27,098 nt of DNA from a virus. Its lineage: Duplodnaviria; Caudoviricetes. Within the stretch, counting starts at the first letter, position 1, and each line of letters opens with the position of its first letter. The translations under genes and the position numbers were made by a program. Positions 9,568-18,787 of the stretch are shown piece by piece. The notes beneath the pieces were generated by a model. It made no database searches. It was not told where the DNA came from and was given only the letters and a program-made list of their open reading frames with translations. Location: positions 1 through 27,098 of IMG/VR virus record IMGVR_UViG_3300008113_007930; one strand, 5' to 3'.

Positions 9568-10218
9568 ATGTCTAAAAAGTTACAAAACGTTAAAGCTATT
9601 CAACAAATGTTGGACGGCACCCATAAGTTTCAAACTAAAAAAACAATTGGATTTTCTGATGCTAAAGAAACGGCAAAAAAATCTGAACATCGTGAAATAG
9701 GAGATGTTTGGGAAGAAACTGATTCTTCTGGTACTGTATATATAGTAGAACAACGCGATGGGTTTCGAATTCGAAAAACAAAAAATTCAGATGTATTTCA
9801 ATCGATTCGCGAAGAACTACGCGCATTTCCTAATTGTAAAAAAGATGTATGTACATGTAATGGCACACATCCGCTAGATCAAAAAATGCGAGGAATTCAT
9901 GGAATGTGTTTTGACTGCGTAATTGAGATGGAACATGAAATGAAAAAAGATGGTACATTTGATGAATATGCTCGAAATAAAGTAAAAGAAAATGCATTAG
10001 CATGGTTACGTGATGCTGAACGAGATGTTGCACTTTTAAAACAAACATATACTCAAGCATCACAATTTATTACGAATACAGACGGCGAAACGGAATCGTG
10101 GGCAGCAAAAATGACCACTGAAGAATTTGAAGAAACTATACAAAAAGAATTCGATAAATTCAAAGAAAATTTTTTAAATAAATTAAATGGAGTTGAAGAA
10201 ATAAATGAAAACAATTAA
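9568..10218 (+). CDS. Hypothetical protein with probable zinc-binding motif
   Basis: 216 aa with CKKDVCTC...HGMCFDC. It sits upstream of the membrane-protein pair and the terminase. Confidence 0.7.
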   Translation: MSKKLQNVKAIQQMLDGTHKFQTKKTIGFSDAKETAKKSEHREIGDVWEETDSSGTVYIVEQRDGFRIRKTKNSDVFQSIREELRAFPNCKKDVCTCNGTHPLDQKMRGIHGMCFDCVIEMEHEMKKDGTFDEYARNKVKENALAWLRDAERDVALLKQTYTQASQFITNTDGETESWAAKMTTEEFEETIQKEFDKFKENFLNKLNGVEEINENN

Positions 10219-10540
10219 AAACATTGTATTAGCAATTGCCGGAATCATTGGAGCTGTAGTTGCATTTTTCTTATTTACAGGAAAAAGAAAATCAAAACAA
10301 ATTGAAAAGATTGACGTCGCTGTTGCAGAAAAAAAGCAACATGTAGAACGCATTGAAACTGAAGTAAAGCAAGTTGCAAAGAAACGAAAAGCAGTTAAAA
10401 AAGAAATTGCTGAGATAAAAGAACAAATTGTTGACTTAGAATTGCAGAAAGAAAATCTAGTAGTAGAAGAAAAACCTGCAGAAGAAGTAAAAGACAATAT
10501 CTTAAAACAAACACGCAGAGGTCGTCCTAAAAAGGCATAA
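10205..10540 (+). CDS. N-terminally membrane-anchored coiled-coil protein with C-terminal RGRP (AT-hook-like) tail; spanin-like candidate
   Basis: Hydrophobic IVLAIAGIIGAVVAFFLF, a heptad-like charged region, and terminal TRRGRPKKA. Confidence 0.6.
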   Translation: MKTIKNIVLAIAGIIGAVVAFFLFTGKRKSKQIEKIDVAVAEKKQHVERIETEVKQVAKKRKAVKKEIAEIKEQIVDLELQKENLVVEEKPAEEVKDNILKQTRRGRPKKA

Positions 10541-10541
10541 T

Positions 10542-10940
10542 ATGAAAAACGTATTATTTATTTTCTTGTTTGTTTCTGTTTTAGGTTTTGCTCAAAAAAC
10601 TAAAAAACAAGCACCTGATACAGTTTGTTTTACTAAAGAGCAAGCAGCAGATATTTCTTTTGTTTTAGATTCATTATGGGCAGCAGATGATATTAATAAT
10701 GAATTAATTGCATCTTACAAACGATTAGCAAAAAAGCAAGATTCTTTAATTGCATTAGATTCAATTCAACTTGACAAGCAAGATAGCATTATTGTGTATC
10801 AAAAAAACATTGTAACAGATTTAGAAAAGAAAATCGAATTACTACAACCAAAATGGAATGATAAAAAATCAGTTTGGTTCGGATTCGGTTTTATCACTGC
10901 ATTAGGTTCTGGTATATTAGTTAATCAACTTATAAAATAA
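10542..10940 (+). CDS. Secreted/membrane protein (signal peptide, coiled coil, C-terminal TM helix); lysis-accessory candidate
   Basis: Signal-like MKNVLFIFLFVSVLGFA and C-terminal hydrophobic VWFGFGFITALGSGILV. Confidence 0.6.
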   Translation: MKNVLFIFLFVSVLGFAQKTKKQAPDTVCFTKEQAADISFVLDSLWAADDINNELIASYKRLAKKQDSLIALDSIQLDKQDSIIVYQKNIVTDLEKKIELLQPKWNDKKSVWFGFGFITALGSGILVNQLIK

Positions 10941-10941
10941 T

Positions 10942-12522
10942 ATGAGTCAAAATATAAAACAGATCATACAACAGCAGTACACAATGTGTGCTAAAGATCC
11001 TGTTTTTTTCATGAGACAATATTGTTATATTCAACACCCGAAAAAAGGTAAAATTAAATTTAACCTATATCCGTTTCAGGAAGATTCATTAACGGAATTA
11101 CGTGATAATCGATACAATGTAATTCTTAAGTCTCGTCAGTTAGGTATATCAACTCTTTCAGCAGGGTTTGCTCTTTGGAGTATGTTATTCAAAGAAGATT
11201 TTAACGTACTAGTTATTGCAACAACTCAAGAAGTAGCAAAAAACCTAGTAACAAAAGTACGTGTCATGCATGACAATTTACCTAGTTGGTTAAAGGGTAA
11301 TATTGAAGCAGATAACAAACTTTCTCTTAAATTTAAAAACGGCTCACAAATTAAAGCAGTATCATCAGCAACTACCGGTGCACGTTCAGAAGCACTTTCA
11401 TTGCTAATTATAGATGAGGCTGCCTTCATTCGTAACATTGAAGAAATTTGGGTAGCATCGCAAGCAACATTATCTACAGGTGGTGGTGCTATTGTATTAT
11501 CAACACCTAACGGGGTTGGTAACTGGTTTCACTCAGTATGGTCTGAAGCAGAACAAGAAATTAATGGATTTCATACAATCAAGCTGCATTGGACGGTACA
11601 CCCGGATCGAGATCAATATTGGCGCGATGAACAAACCAAACTTCTTGGTGAACGAGGCGCTGCACAAGAATGTGACTGTGACTTTATTAGTTCTGGACAT
11701 ACTGTAATAGATGGTGCTATATTGATGGATTATGAAATAAAATGTACTGATCCTATCGAAAAGCGAGGCTTTGACAATGCATATTGGGTTTGGGAATATC
11801 CGAACTATGAAAAAGATTATATAGTAGTAGCTGACGTTGCACGAGGCGATGGAGGCGACTGGTCTACATTTCACGTTATTGACGTACAAGATGTTGTACA
11901 AGTTGCAGAATATAAAGGTAAACTTCCTCCTAAAGATTTTGGTAACATGTTAGTATCAGTTGCAACAGAATGGAATAATGCATTATTAGCAATTGAAAAT
12001 GCCAATATTGGATGGGCTGCAATTCAACCTGTATTAGACCGTAACTATGAAAATTTATTCTATACATATAAAGATGATGGTTATGTAGATGTCGATGTTC
12101 AACTTAAAAAAGGTTATGATATGAAAGATAAGAGCCAAATGGTTCCGGGAGTATCAACAACATCTCGAACTCGTCCATTAATGATATCAGCTCTAGAAAT
12201 GTATATGCGAGAAAAAACACCTGTTATACGAAGCAAAAGATTAATTCAAGAATTATTTGTATTTGTTTGGTTAAACGGAAAAGCTCAGTCGCAAACTGGA
12301 TATAATGATGACTTAGTAATGGCATTTGCTATCGGTTTATGGCTTCGAGATACATCTTTAAAATTACGTCAACAAGGAATTGAACTTCATAAGAAAACAT
12401 TATCGCAATTCCAAAAATCACAAAATACAACAATTTATACTGGTAAGCCTTCTAGTAATATAGACGGTTGGAGTTGGAATAATGGTTATGATAACGAAGA
12501 CCTAACATGGTTGATACGTTAA
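10942..12522 (+). CDS. terL: Terminase large subunit (T4 gp17-like)
   Basis: CAKDPVFF and LYPFQ motifs, Walker A LKSRQLGIST, Walker B LLIIDEAAF, coupling motif LSTPNG, and nuclease motifs ADVARG and DDLVMA. Confidence 0.95.
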   Translation: MSQNIKQIIQQQYTMCAKDPVFFMRQYCYIQHPKKGKIKFNLYPFQEDSLTELRDNRYNVILKSRQLGISTLSAGFALWSMLFKEDFNVLVIATTQEVAKNLVTKVRVMHDNLPSWLKGNIEADNKLSLKFKNGSQIKAVSSATTGARSEALSLLIIDEAAFIRNIEEIWVASQATLSTGGGAIVLSTPNGVGNWFHSVWSEAEQEINGFHTIKLHWTVHPDRDQYWRDEQTKLLGERGAAQECDCDFISSGHTVIDGAILMDYEIKCTDPIEKRGFDNAYWVWEYPNYEKDYIVVADVARGDGGDWSTFHVIDVQDVVQVAEYKGKLPPKDFGNMLVSVATEWNNALLAIENANIGWAAIQPVLDRNYENLFYTYKDDGYVDVDVQLKKGYDMKDKSQMVPGVSTTSRTRPLMISALEMYMREKTPVIRSKRLIQELFVFVWLNGKAQSQTGYNDDLVMAFAIGLWLRDTSLKLRQQGIELHKKTLSQFQKSQNTTIYTGKPSSNIDGWSWNNGYDNEDLTWLIR

Positions 12523-12545
12523 TAGCCATGGTTCTGTAACAAGTT

Positions 12546-12560
12546 ATATTTATTATAAAA
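12546..12560 (+). promoter_or_regulatory. ATATTTATW intergenic motif (putative late promoter)
   Basis: ATATTTATTATAAAA; core 24 nt before portal ATG 12571. Confidence 0.6.
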
Positions 12561-12570
12561 TATTATTATT

Positions 12571-14409
12571 ATGGCGTCATTAAGAAAACGTTTACAAAAT
12601 CTATTTTCTACGAATGTTATTGTTCGTGCATATGGAAAAGATAAATTAAAAGTAGTTGATACTAATCGATTACAAAGTGTCGGTAACTTAGCTCAAACTA
12701 AAGTTGCAGACAGATACACTAGAATGCACGGTGCTAATAAGCACATGGTTGGCGGAATGGGTGGATATGATTCCAACTATTACCAACAACAACATCGTAT
12801 GCAGCTTTATGCTGATTATGAGATGATGGATAAAGACCCTATTATTAGTTCCGCTTTAGATATTTATTCGGATGAGTCTACATTATCTGATCAATTTGGA
12901 GATTTATTAACAATTAAATGTAATAATACACAAATTCAAAAAATACTTTATAATTTATTTTATGATGTTTTAAATATTGAATTTAATCTTTGGACATGGA
13001 TTCGAAACATGACAAAGTATGGAGATTTCTTTTTAAAATTAGATATTGCTGAAGAAATTGGTATATTAAATGCACGGCCGTTATCTAGCTATGAGTTAGA
13101 ACGATGGGAACAATATGACGAAGTTACTGGCGAATATACTATTAAATTTAAACATGTTTCTGATATTAGAAATGAATTTGATACATTTGAAATAGCACAT
13201 TTTCGTATGTTATCTGATTCTAATTTTTTACCATATGGTAGATCAATGTTAGAAGGTGCTCGTAAGGAATTTCAAAAATTAATGATGATGGAAGATGCAA
13301 TGTTAATACATCGTATCATGCGAGCTCCAGAAAAACGTATTTTTAAAATTGATATTGGTAATATTCCACCGAATGAAGTAGATTCATTTATGGAACAAAT
13401 TATCAATAAAATGAAAAAAGTTCCACATATAGATCCACAAACCGGTAATTACAATCTTCGATTCAATCTAAATAATATGTTAGAAGATTATTACTTACCA
13501 GTACGAGGAGGTAACTCAACTACTTCGATTGACACATTACCAGGAATGACATTTACTGGTTTAGATGATATTGAATATGTAAAAAATAAAATGATGGCTG
13601 CCTTAAAAATTCCTAAGCCATTTTTAGGATATTCTGAAGCAGTAGAAGGTAAAACTACATTAGCATCGATGGATATTCGTTTTGCTAGAACCATCGAACG
13701 CGTTCAAAAAATCGTTGTTTCAGAATTAACTAAGATTGCAATAGTACATTTATATGCACAAGGTTTTGAAGGAGAAGATTTAATTGGATTTGATTTAGAA
13801 TTAACAGCACCTTCGATTGTTTATGATCAACAAAAAGTTGCTTTAATGACTGAAAAAATGACATTAGCAACAGCAATGAAAGATAGTAAATTAGTTTCTG
13901 ATAAATACATATATGAATTTATATTTAATATGTCTGAAGATCAATGGTTGCAAGAAAGAACTAATGTTATTGAAGATTTAAAACTTCGATTCCGTCAAAA
14001 TCAAATTGAGCAAGAAGGAAATGATCCTACAATAACGGGAGTTTCATTTGGTACACCGCATGATATGGCCTCGCTTCATATGTCATCTAATAATGTAGAA
14101 GAAAAAGATAAAGGAGGTCGTCCACCAGAAGGAATCAAATTTGGACAACATAAAAATGCATTAGGATGGGATCCTACGGGCGGCAAAGAAATTAAACAAG
14201 CATTTAATCCAGAAAATCAAAAATCTACATTTTTACCTAATACTAGAACTGATCGAAAAGTAAAAGTTTTTTCTTCTGAAAATTTAGATTTTTTAAAAAA
14301 TATGAAGAATAAAAACAAAACAATTATTACCGAATCATTAAAAACATCATATGAACGAAGAGAAGACACAGATTCGGGTACATTGTTAGATGAAAACAAT
14401 ATTTTATAA
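12571..14409 (+). CDS. Portal protein (T4 gp20-like)
   Basis: MEDAMLIHRIMRAPEKRIFKIDIGN, EDYYLPVRGG, IDTLPG and ALKIPK are characteristic gp20 motifs. It follows the terminase. Confidence 0.95.
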   Translation: MASLRKRLQNLFSTNVIVRAYGKDKLKVVDTNRLQSVGNLAQTKVADRYTRMHGANKHMVGGMGGYDSNYYQQQHRMQLYADYEMMDKDPIISSALDIYSDESTLSDQFGDLLTIKCNNTQIQKILYNLFYDVLNIEFNLWTWIRNMTKYGDFFLKLDIAEEIGILNARPLSSYELERWEQYDEVTGEYTIKFKHVSDIRNEFDTFEIAHFRMLSDSNFLPYGRSMLEGARKEFQKLMMMEDAMLIHRIMRAPEKRIFKIDIGNIPPNEVDSFMEQIINKMKKVPHIDPQTGNYNLRFNLNNMLEDYYLPVRGGNSTTSIDTLPGMTFTGLDDIEYVKNKMMAALKIPKPFLGYSEAVEGKTTLASMDIRFARTIERVQKIVVSELTKIAIVHLYAQGFEGEDLIGFDLELTAPSIVYDQQKVALMTEKMTLATAMKDSKLVSDKYIYEFIFNMSEDQWLQERTNVIEDLKLRFRQNQIEQEGNDPTITGVSFGTPHDMASLHMSSNNVEEKDKGGRPPEGIKFGQHKNALGWDPTGGKEIKQAFNPENQKSTFLPNTRTDRKVKVFSSENLDFLKNMKNKNKTIITESLKTSYERREDTDSGTLLDENNIL

Positions 14410-14417
14410 TAGTAAAC

Positions 14418-14429
14418 ATATTTATTTAA
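14418..14429 (+). promoter_or_regulatory. ATATTTATW intergenic motif (putative late promoter)
   Basis: ATATTTATTTAA; core 34 nt before ATG 14453. Confidence 0.55.
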
Positions 14430-14452
14430 TATAAAAAGAACTGTGTAACAAA

Positions 14453-15301
14453 ATGACTAAATTGAAACATTCGAAATATAAGAACACTGGCATTCTTTTT
14501 GAACTGTTAGTTAGAAAATTAACATCAGAAACATTATCTTCAGATAAATCAGTTACTATTGATATAATTAAAAAATACTTCGGTAAAAATACAGAACTAG
14601 CTAAAGAATTACAATTATATAATTCTTTATTAAAAGAACAATTCCGCAGCGAAGCTCAAGCATTAGATTATATTCGTACTATTAAATCAACTCATAACAA
14701 ATTGAATCATTCTTTACTAAGACGTCAGCGATATAATTTAGTTAAAGAAATTTCAGAAAAATTTATTTTTGCAAATATGGCTAAAGCTCATATTAACAAT
14801 TATAAAAGTTTAGCTTCAATTTATATGATTTTTGAATATGACGAATCTTCTAATCCTAAACAATTATTAGAATGTAAAAATGTAATCATTAAAAATAATA
14901 TGATGGTTGAAAAACGAGTTGAAATAAAAGATCCACTCATTGAAGCATTTGAATCACAGCCAAAAGATATTAGATTATTAACATATAAATTAATGATTGA
15001 TAAATTCAATGATAAGTATTCCGTTTTAGACGAATCACAAAAACGTTTATTGAATAAATATATTATTAATGTTAATGATACTGAAGCATTAAAAGAATAT
15101 ATTGAAAAGATTATTCCTCAAATTAAAAATGAATTATCGATTCAAGCAAAAGTAATCTCTGATAAAGCAACACAAATTAAAGTTCAAAAACTTTCAGAAA
15201 TGCTTTGTACTGTTGAAAATATGAAAACAATTAAAGAATCTCACGTACTTTCATTATTACGTTATTTTGATTTAATTAAAGAATTGAAAGGTTTGCATTA
15301 A
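14453..15301 (+). CDS. Hypothetical helical protein in head module (possible prohead core component)
   Basis: 282-aa ORF between portal and protease. Its stop overlaps the next start (TAATG). Confidence 0.7.
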   Translation: MTKLKHSKYKNTGILFELLVRKLTSETLSSDKSVTIDIIKKYFGKNTELAKELQLYNSLLKEQFRSEAQALDYIRTIKSTHNKLNHSLLRRQRYNLVKEISEKFIFANMAKAHINNYKSLASIYMIFEYDESSNPKQLLECKNVIIKNNMMVEKRVEIKDPLIEAFESQPKDIRLLTYKLMIDKFNDKYSVLDESQKRLLNKYIINVNDTEALKEYIEKIIPQIKNELSIQAKVISDKATQIKVQKLSEMLCTVENMKTIKESHVLSLLRYFDLIKELKGLH

Positions 15302-15768
15302 TGAGATCGCTTTTGAAAGAAATGGAAGAAAAATTCATAGAAATTGAAGAAGAATTAGCATCTGAAGAACAAGATTCTGATTTAGAAGAACAAAATGTAA
15401 CTAGTGCAATAGCTGGTTATAATACTCCAAAAGCCTTTGCAAAGAAACCTAATAAAAAAACTGCAGAACAATTGGGTTATAAAATAGTTCAAGAAGCAAT
15501 GGATGAAAAATATGAAAAGCTAATAGAAAGCTATAGCGATTTTAAAAAAATTGGAGATAAAAAACCTTCGATGCATATTAAAGATTCTATCAGAGAGATT
15601 GCTAAAAAATTACAAGAAATTGAAACAATTGTAAATCATACATCAAAATATAAGAATGAATCTGGTATTGCATCTTCACAATACGGTCCAGCTGCAGGAA
15701 AAGCAATGACAAAAATTGCCGAACGATTAACTAGAATATCAGAACGTGTAAGAGCATTAGGGGAGTAA
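15301..15768 (+). CDS. Acidic hypothetical head-module protein (possible prohead core/internal protein)
   Basis: 155 aa with a Glu-rich N-terminus and GYNTPKAF motif; translationally coupled to its neighbours. Confidence 0.7.
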   Translation: MRSLLKEMEEKFIEIEEELASEEQDSDLEEQNVTSAIAGYNTPKAFAKKPNKKTAEQLGYKIVQEAMDEKYEKLIESYSDFKKIGDKKPSMHIKDSIREIAKKLQEIETIVNHTSKYKNESGIASSQYGPAAGKAMTKIAERLTRISERVRALGE

Positions 15769-15769
15769 T

Positions 15770-16402
15770 ATGTCAAAGAATTTAATTGTAGAATACATAC
15801 CATTTAAGCCAGTTGGTTCATTAACTGAGCAAAGTGGTGCTGCATATGGAATTCCAGGCGGCTTTGTTGTTCAAGGAGTTTTACAGAGAGCTGGCGCAAA
15901 AAATCAAAACGGACGAGTATATCCTAAACATATTCTAGAAAGAGAGTGCCAACGTTATCAAAAAGAATATATTGATCAACATCGTGCATTAGGCGAATTA
16001 GATCACCCAGAATCATCAATTGTTAACTTAAATAATGTTTCGCATAATGTTTTAAAAATTTGGTGGAATGGTGATGATTTATTAGGAGCTGTTCAAATTT
16101 TAGAAACACCATCTGGCAAGATTTTAAAAGAATTATTTAAAGCGGGTATTACATTAGGTATTTCGTCTCGAGGTTTAGGATCAGTCAAAGAATTACGTAG
16201 TGAAGGCGTAGTCGAAGTTCAAGAAGATTTTGAATTAATATGTTGGGACTTCGTTTCTAATCCTTCTACACATGGGGCTTTTATGCGGCCTACGAGCATG
16301 AATGAATCTGCGAATAAAAGTATTCAATTAAATAAATATAATAAAGTAAACGACATCATTACATCAATTTTATGCGAAGATGGTAAATGTAGGATAATAT
16401 AA
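15770..16402 (+). CDS. Prohead protease (T4 gp21-like)
   Basis: KNQNGRVYP, ALGELDHP (catalytic His), GISSRGLGS (catalytic Ser) and DFVSNPS. Confidence 0.95.
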   Translation: MSKNLIVEYIPFKPVGSLTEQSGAAYGIPGGFVVQGVLQRAGAKNQNGRVYPKHILERECQRYQKEYIDQHRALGELDHPESSIVNLNNVSHNVLKIWWNGDDLLGAVQILETPSGKILKELFKAGITLGISSRGLGSVKELRSEGVVEVQEDFELICWDFVSNPSTHGAFMRPTSMNESANKSIQLNKYNKVNDIITSILCEDGKCRII

Positions 16403-16779
16403 TGAGAACACCAAATTTAAAATTTATTCTAGAAACAATATTAGAAGACCAGCCTCAGCCGATGTCTAAAGAAGAAAAACAAGATTTTGTTGAAACGGTA
16501 AAAAACTTTTCAGCATTAGGTAATTCTGTATATGGCAAGGGTGATATAGAAGAAATCGTTGAACGTGTTAAAACAATTGTTGAACGAGCAGAACGCATCA
16601 TGACAGAAAGTGATGATTGGATGACAAATGTTGCACATAAAAAAGGCAATAAAAGAATGCATGAAGATTATCGCGATTTTGAACAGGCAGCTCGTGAATT
16701 GAAAGAAGCTCAAGAACGAATGGCACTTGCATATGAAAATATTGGACAACATTTAAATCGTTATTTTGAAGTTGGATAA
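16402..16779 (+). CDS. Hypothetical helical protein in head module
   Basis: 125 aa, coupled to the protease by a TAATG overlap; charged and helical. Confidence 0.7.
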   Translation: MRTPNLKFILETILEDQPQPMSKEEKQDFVETVKNFSALGNSVYGKGDIEEIVERVKTIVERAERIMTESDDWMTNVAHKKGNKRMHEDYRDFEQAARELKEAQERMALAYENIGQHLNRYFEVG

Positions 16780-16810
16780 TTTGGATAATTAATATATTAT
16801 TATTATAATA
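16780..16810 (+). promoter_or_regulatory. Sigma70-like promoter TTTGGAT-N17-TATAATA
   Basis: TTGGAT 16781-16786, 17-nt spacer, TATAAT 16804-16809. The same architecture occurs at 26303-26333. Confidence 0.55.
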
Positions 16811-16818
16811 TAGGTAGA

Positions 16819-17295
16819 ATGATGAATACCATAAAAAAATTATATAAAGAATTTTTTGGTTTAAATGAAGAAACAATGCCGATTCCTAAAATTGGCGACG
16901 CAGACATTGAGCAGCTAGAAAAATACAATGATGTTTTAAAACAAATAAAACAAACAATGGCTGAAGAAGAAAATATCGACGAAGCTCAGTTAATTAATCA
17001 TATTTACGATTATCGAGGCGGCGTTGAGTATGTGTTACGAGATCCATCTCAAGCTAAAGATGTTGCTGCACAAATTCAAGAATGGACAACTAAAAAAGGA
17101 TTTACAGTAGTTAAACATACTTTATCAAAATCAGGTAAAATAGGTTATTTCTACTTTAGATTAGGAGAAGACCCAGAACGAGAAGCACAACGCATTCAAG
17201 GTTATTTTTCTTCGAAGATAGAAATTAAATTTTTCCGTTTTAAAGTTAAAGAAGAACAAACGCCACAAAGAACAATCGCACAATCAAAAATTTAA
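16819..17295 (+). CDS. Hypothetical protein upstream of bS21
   Basis: 158 aa with an acidic N-terminus (LNEE, IDEA) and a compact alpha/beta C-terminal domain. Confidence 0.7.
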   Translation: MMNTIKKLYKEFFGLNEETMPIPKIGDADIEQLEKYNDVLKQIKQTMAEEENIDEAQLINHIYDYRGGVEYVLRDPSQAKDVAAQIQEWTTKKGFTVVKHTLSKSGKIGYFYFRLGEDPEREAQRIQGYFSSKIEIKFFRFKVKEEQTPQRTIAQSKI

Positions 17296-17304
17296 ATTAG
17301 TTAT

Positions 17305-17550
17305 ATGAATAAAAAACAAAAACAACACCAAACTACGGTAGCAGGAAATCCATTAGCAGTTAATGTAATTGGTTCTGCAAGAGAAGATTTAGCATTTGCA
17401 TTGAAAGCTTGGAAACGTAAAGTAAAAGCATCAGGTATTTTAGAACGAGTTAAAGATCTCAAAGAATTTGAAAAACCTAGTGTAACAAAACGAAAACAAC
17501 TTCAAGCAGCACAATTTATTCAAAAAATTAGAAGTGCAAATCAAGATTAA
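17305..17550 (+). CDS. rpsU: Phage-encoded ribosomal protein bS21
   Basis: V-x-V...EDLAFALKAWKRKVKASGILERVKDLKEFEKPSVTKRK matches the bS21 pattern (ALxxFKR...GI...EKPSxxR). Small and basic. Location inside a head module is known for bS21-encoding phages. Confidence 0.85.
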   Translation: MNKKQKQHQTTVAGNPLAVNVIGSAREDLAFALKAWKRKVKASGILERVKDLKEFEKPSVTKRKQLQAAQFIQKIRSANQD

Positions 17551-17572
17551 TTAAAATTTTTATATAAAGTAT

Positions 17573-17603
17573 AAGCCTTAACAAAAAAAGTTAGGGCTTT
17601 TTT
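17573..17603 (+). terminator. Intrinsic terminator after bS21
   Basis: 10-bp stem AAGCCTTAAC / GTTAGGGCTT (one G-U) with an A7 loop, running into a T6 tract. Confidence 0.8.
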
Positions 17604-17624
17604 ACTGTTTTTTAAAACATGCTC

Positions 17625-17639
17625 ATATTTATTTGTAAA
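17625..17639 (+). promoter_or_regulatory. ATATTTATW motif (putative late promoter for scaffold-capsid operon)
   Basis: ATATTTATTTGTAAA immediately after the terminator. A second TATTTATA core lies at 17666-17673. Confidence 0.6.
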
Positions 17640-17720
17640 TACGCTATCTCTTATATAGTGTCTAGTATTTATAAACTTTCTATTAAGATTCATAATAATC
17701 TTATTTCCAAAACAAAAATT

Positions 17721-17727
17721 TAAGGAG
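17721..17727 (+). promoter_or_regulatory. Strong Shine-Dalgarno sequence TAAGGAG for scaffold gene
   Basis: Located 7 nt upstream of ATG 17735. Confidence 0.7.
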
Positions 17728-17734
17728 AAAAACG

Positions 17735-18766
17735 ATGGCAAAATCAGACTTGCTAAAAGAAGCAATCGCTGACGCAAAAGCTGTTAAAGAAACTGCTTTA
17801 GCTAACGCTAAAATTGCTTTACAAGAAGCTTTTTATCCTAGAATTCAAAGCCAAATCGCTGCAAAGCTAGCTGAAGAATTAGAGGATGAAGAAGAAGTTG
17901 ATGTTACTGCCGATGCAGGTATGGAACCAGAAATGGGAGATATGCCAGCTGAAGAACCAGTAGCTGACGACAACACAGCAGGCCTTGATGTTGGTGATTT
18001 ATCAATCGATGTTGATCAAGACGGAGAATTTGATGAATTTGATATCATGGCACGCGACGGAGAAATGGGTGCAGCTGCACCAGGTGAAGAAGAGGTGATG
18101 AGTGATGAAGAAATGAATGATGAATTCAATGAAGAACTTAACCTTGAAGCAATTATTCGCGAATTAGAAGAAGACTTAAATGCTGAAACCGACGCAGAGG
18201 AAAAAGTAATTGAAGGTATGTATTCAGAAACAGACGAAGATCCATCAGATGAGCATTCGAAAGATATGATGGCAACTGAATCGATTGATGAAATTATCGA
18301 AGCTATTCTTCGCGAAGAAGAAGAAGGTATGATGGGTCATAAACATGATGATGCGGGAGATGCACCAGTTGAAGAAGGAGAATATCCAGAAAAAGAAAAA
18401 ATGGAAATGGAACTTCAAGAAGCATATGCAACGGTTAAGCAACTTCAAGGAATTCTGTCAGAAGTAAATCTTCTTAACGCAAAACTTCTTTACACAAACA
18501 AATTGTTCCGCAATTTTGAATTATCTGAAAATCAAAAAATGAAAGTAATTGAAAACTTTGATCGTGCAGGTAATACAAGAGAAGTAAAATTAGTATTTAC
18601 AACATTAGCTGAGTCTTTCAGTCGTCCGACTAAAAAACGTGTAGTTAAAGAATCATATGCTAGCAAACCAGCTGCATCAACAGCTCCTAGCAAAGAAACA
18701 ACACAAGTATTGTCAGAAGGATTTGAATTGGCAAATCGCTGGAAAAAATTAGCAGGATTGCTATAA
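17735..18766 (+). CDS. Prohead scaffold/core protein (T4 gp22-like position)
   Basis: Very acidic 343-aa coiled-coil protein directly upstream of the capsid gene, with many [ILV]-x-E sites. Confidence 0.8.
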   Translation: MAKSDLLKEAIADAKAVKETALANAKIALQEAFYPRIQSQIAAKLAEELEDEEEVDVTADAGMEPEMGDMPAEEPVADDNTAGLDVGDLSIDVDQDGEFDEFDIMARDGEMGAAAPGEEEVMSDEEMNDEFNEELNLEAIIRELEEDLNAETDAEEKVIEGMYSETDEDPSDEHSKDMMATESIDEIIEAILREEEEGMMGHKHDDAGDAPVEEGEYPEKEKMEMELQEAYATVKQLQGILSEVNLLNAKLLYTNKLFRNFELSENQKMKVIENFDRAGNTREVKLVFTTLAESFSRPTKKRVVKESYASKPAASTAPSKETTQVLSEGFELANRWKKLAGLL

Positions 18767-18787
18767 CATTAAAAAAAAAGGAAAATC

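Noticed and set aside
11480-11707. Alternative-frame + strand ORF inside terL
   Set aside because: It is fully nested in conserved terminase sequence and has no start signals or motifs.
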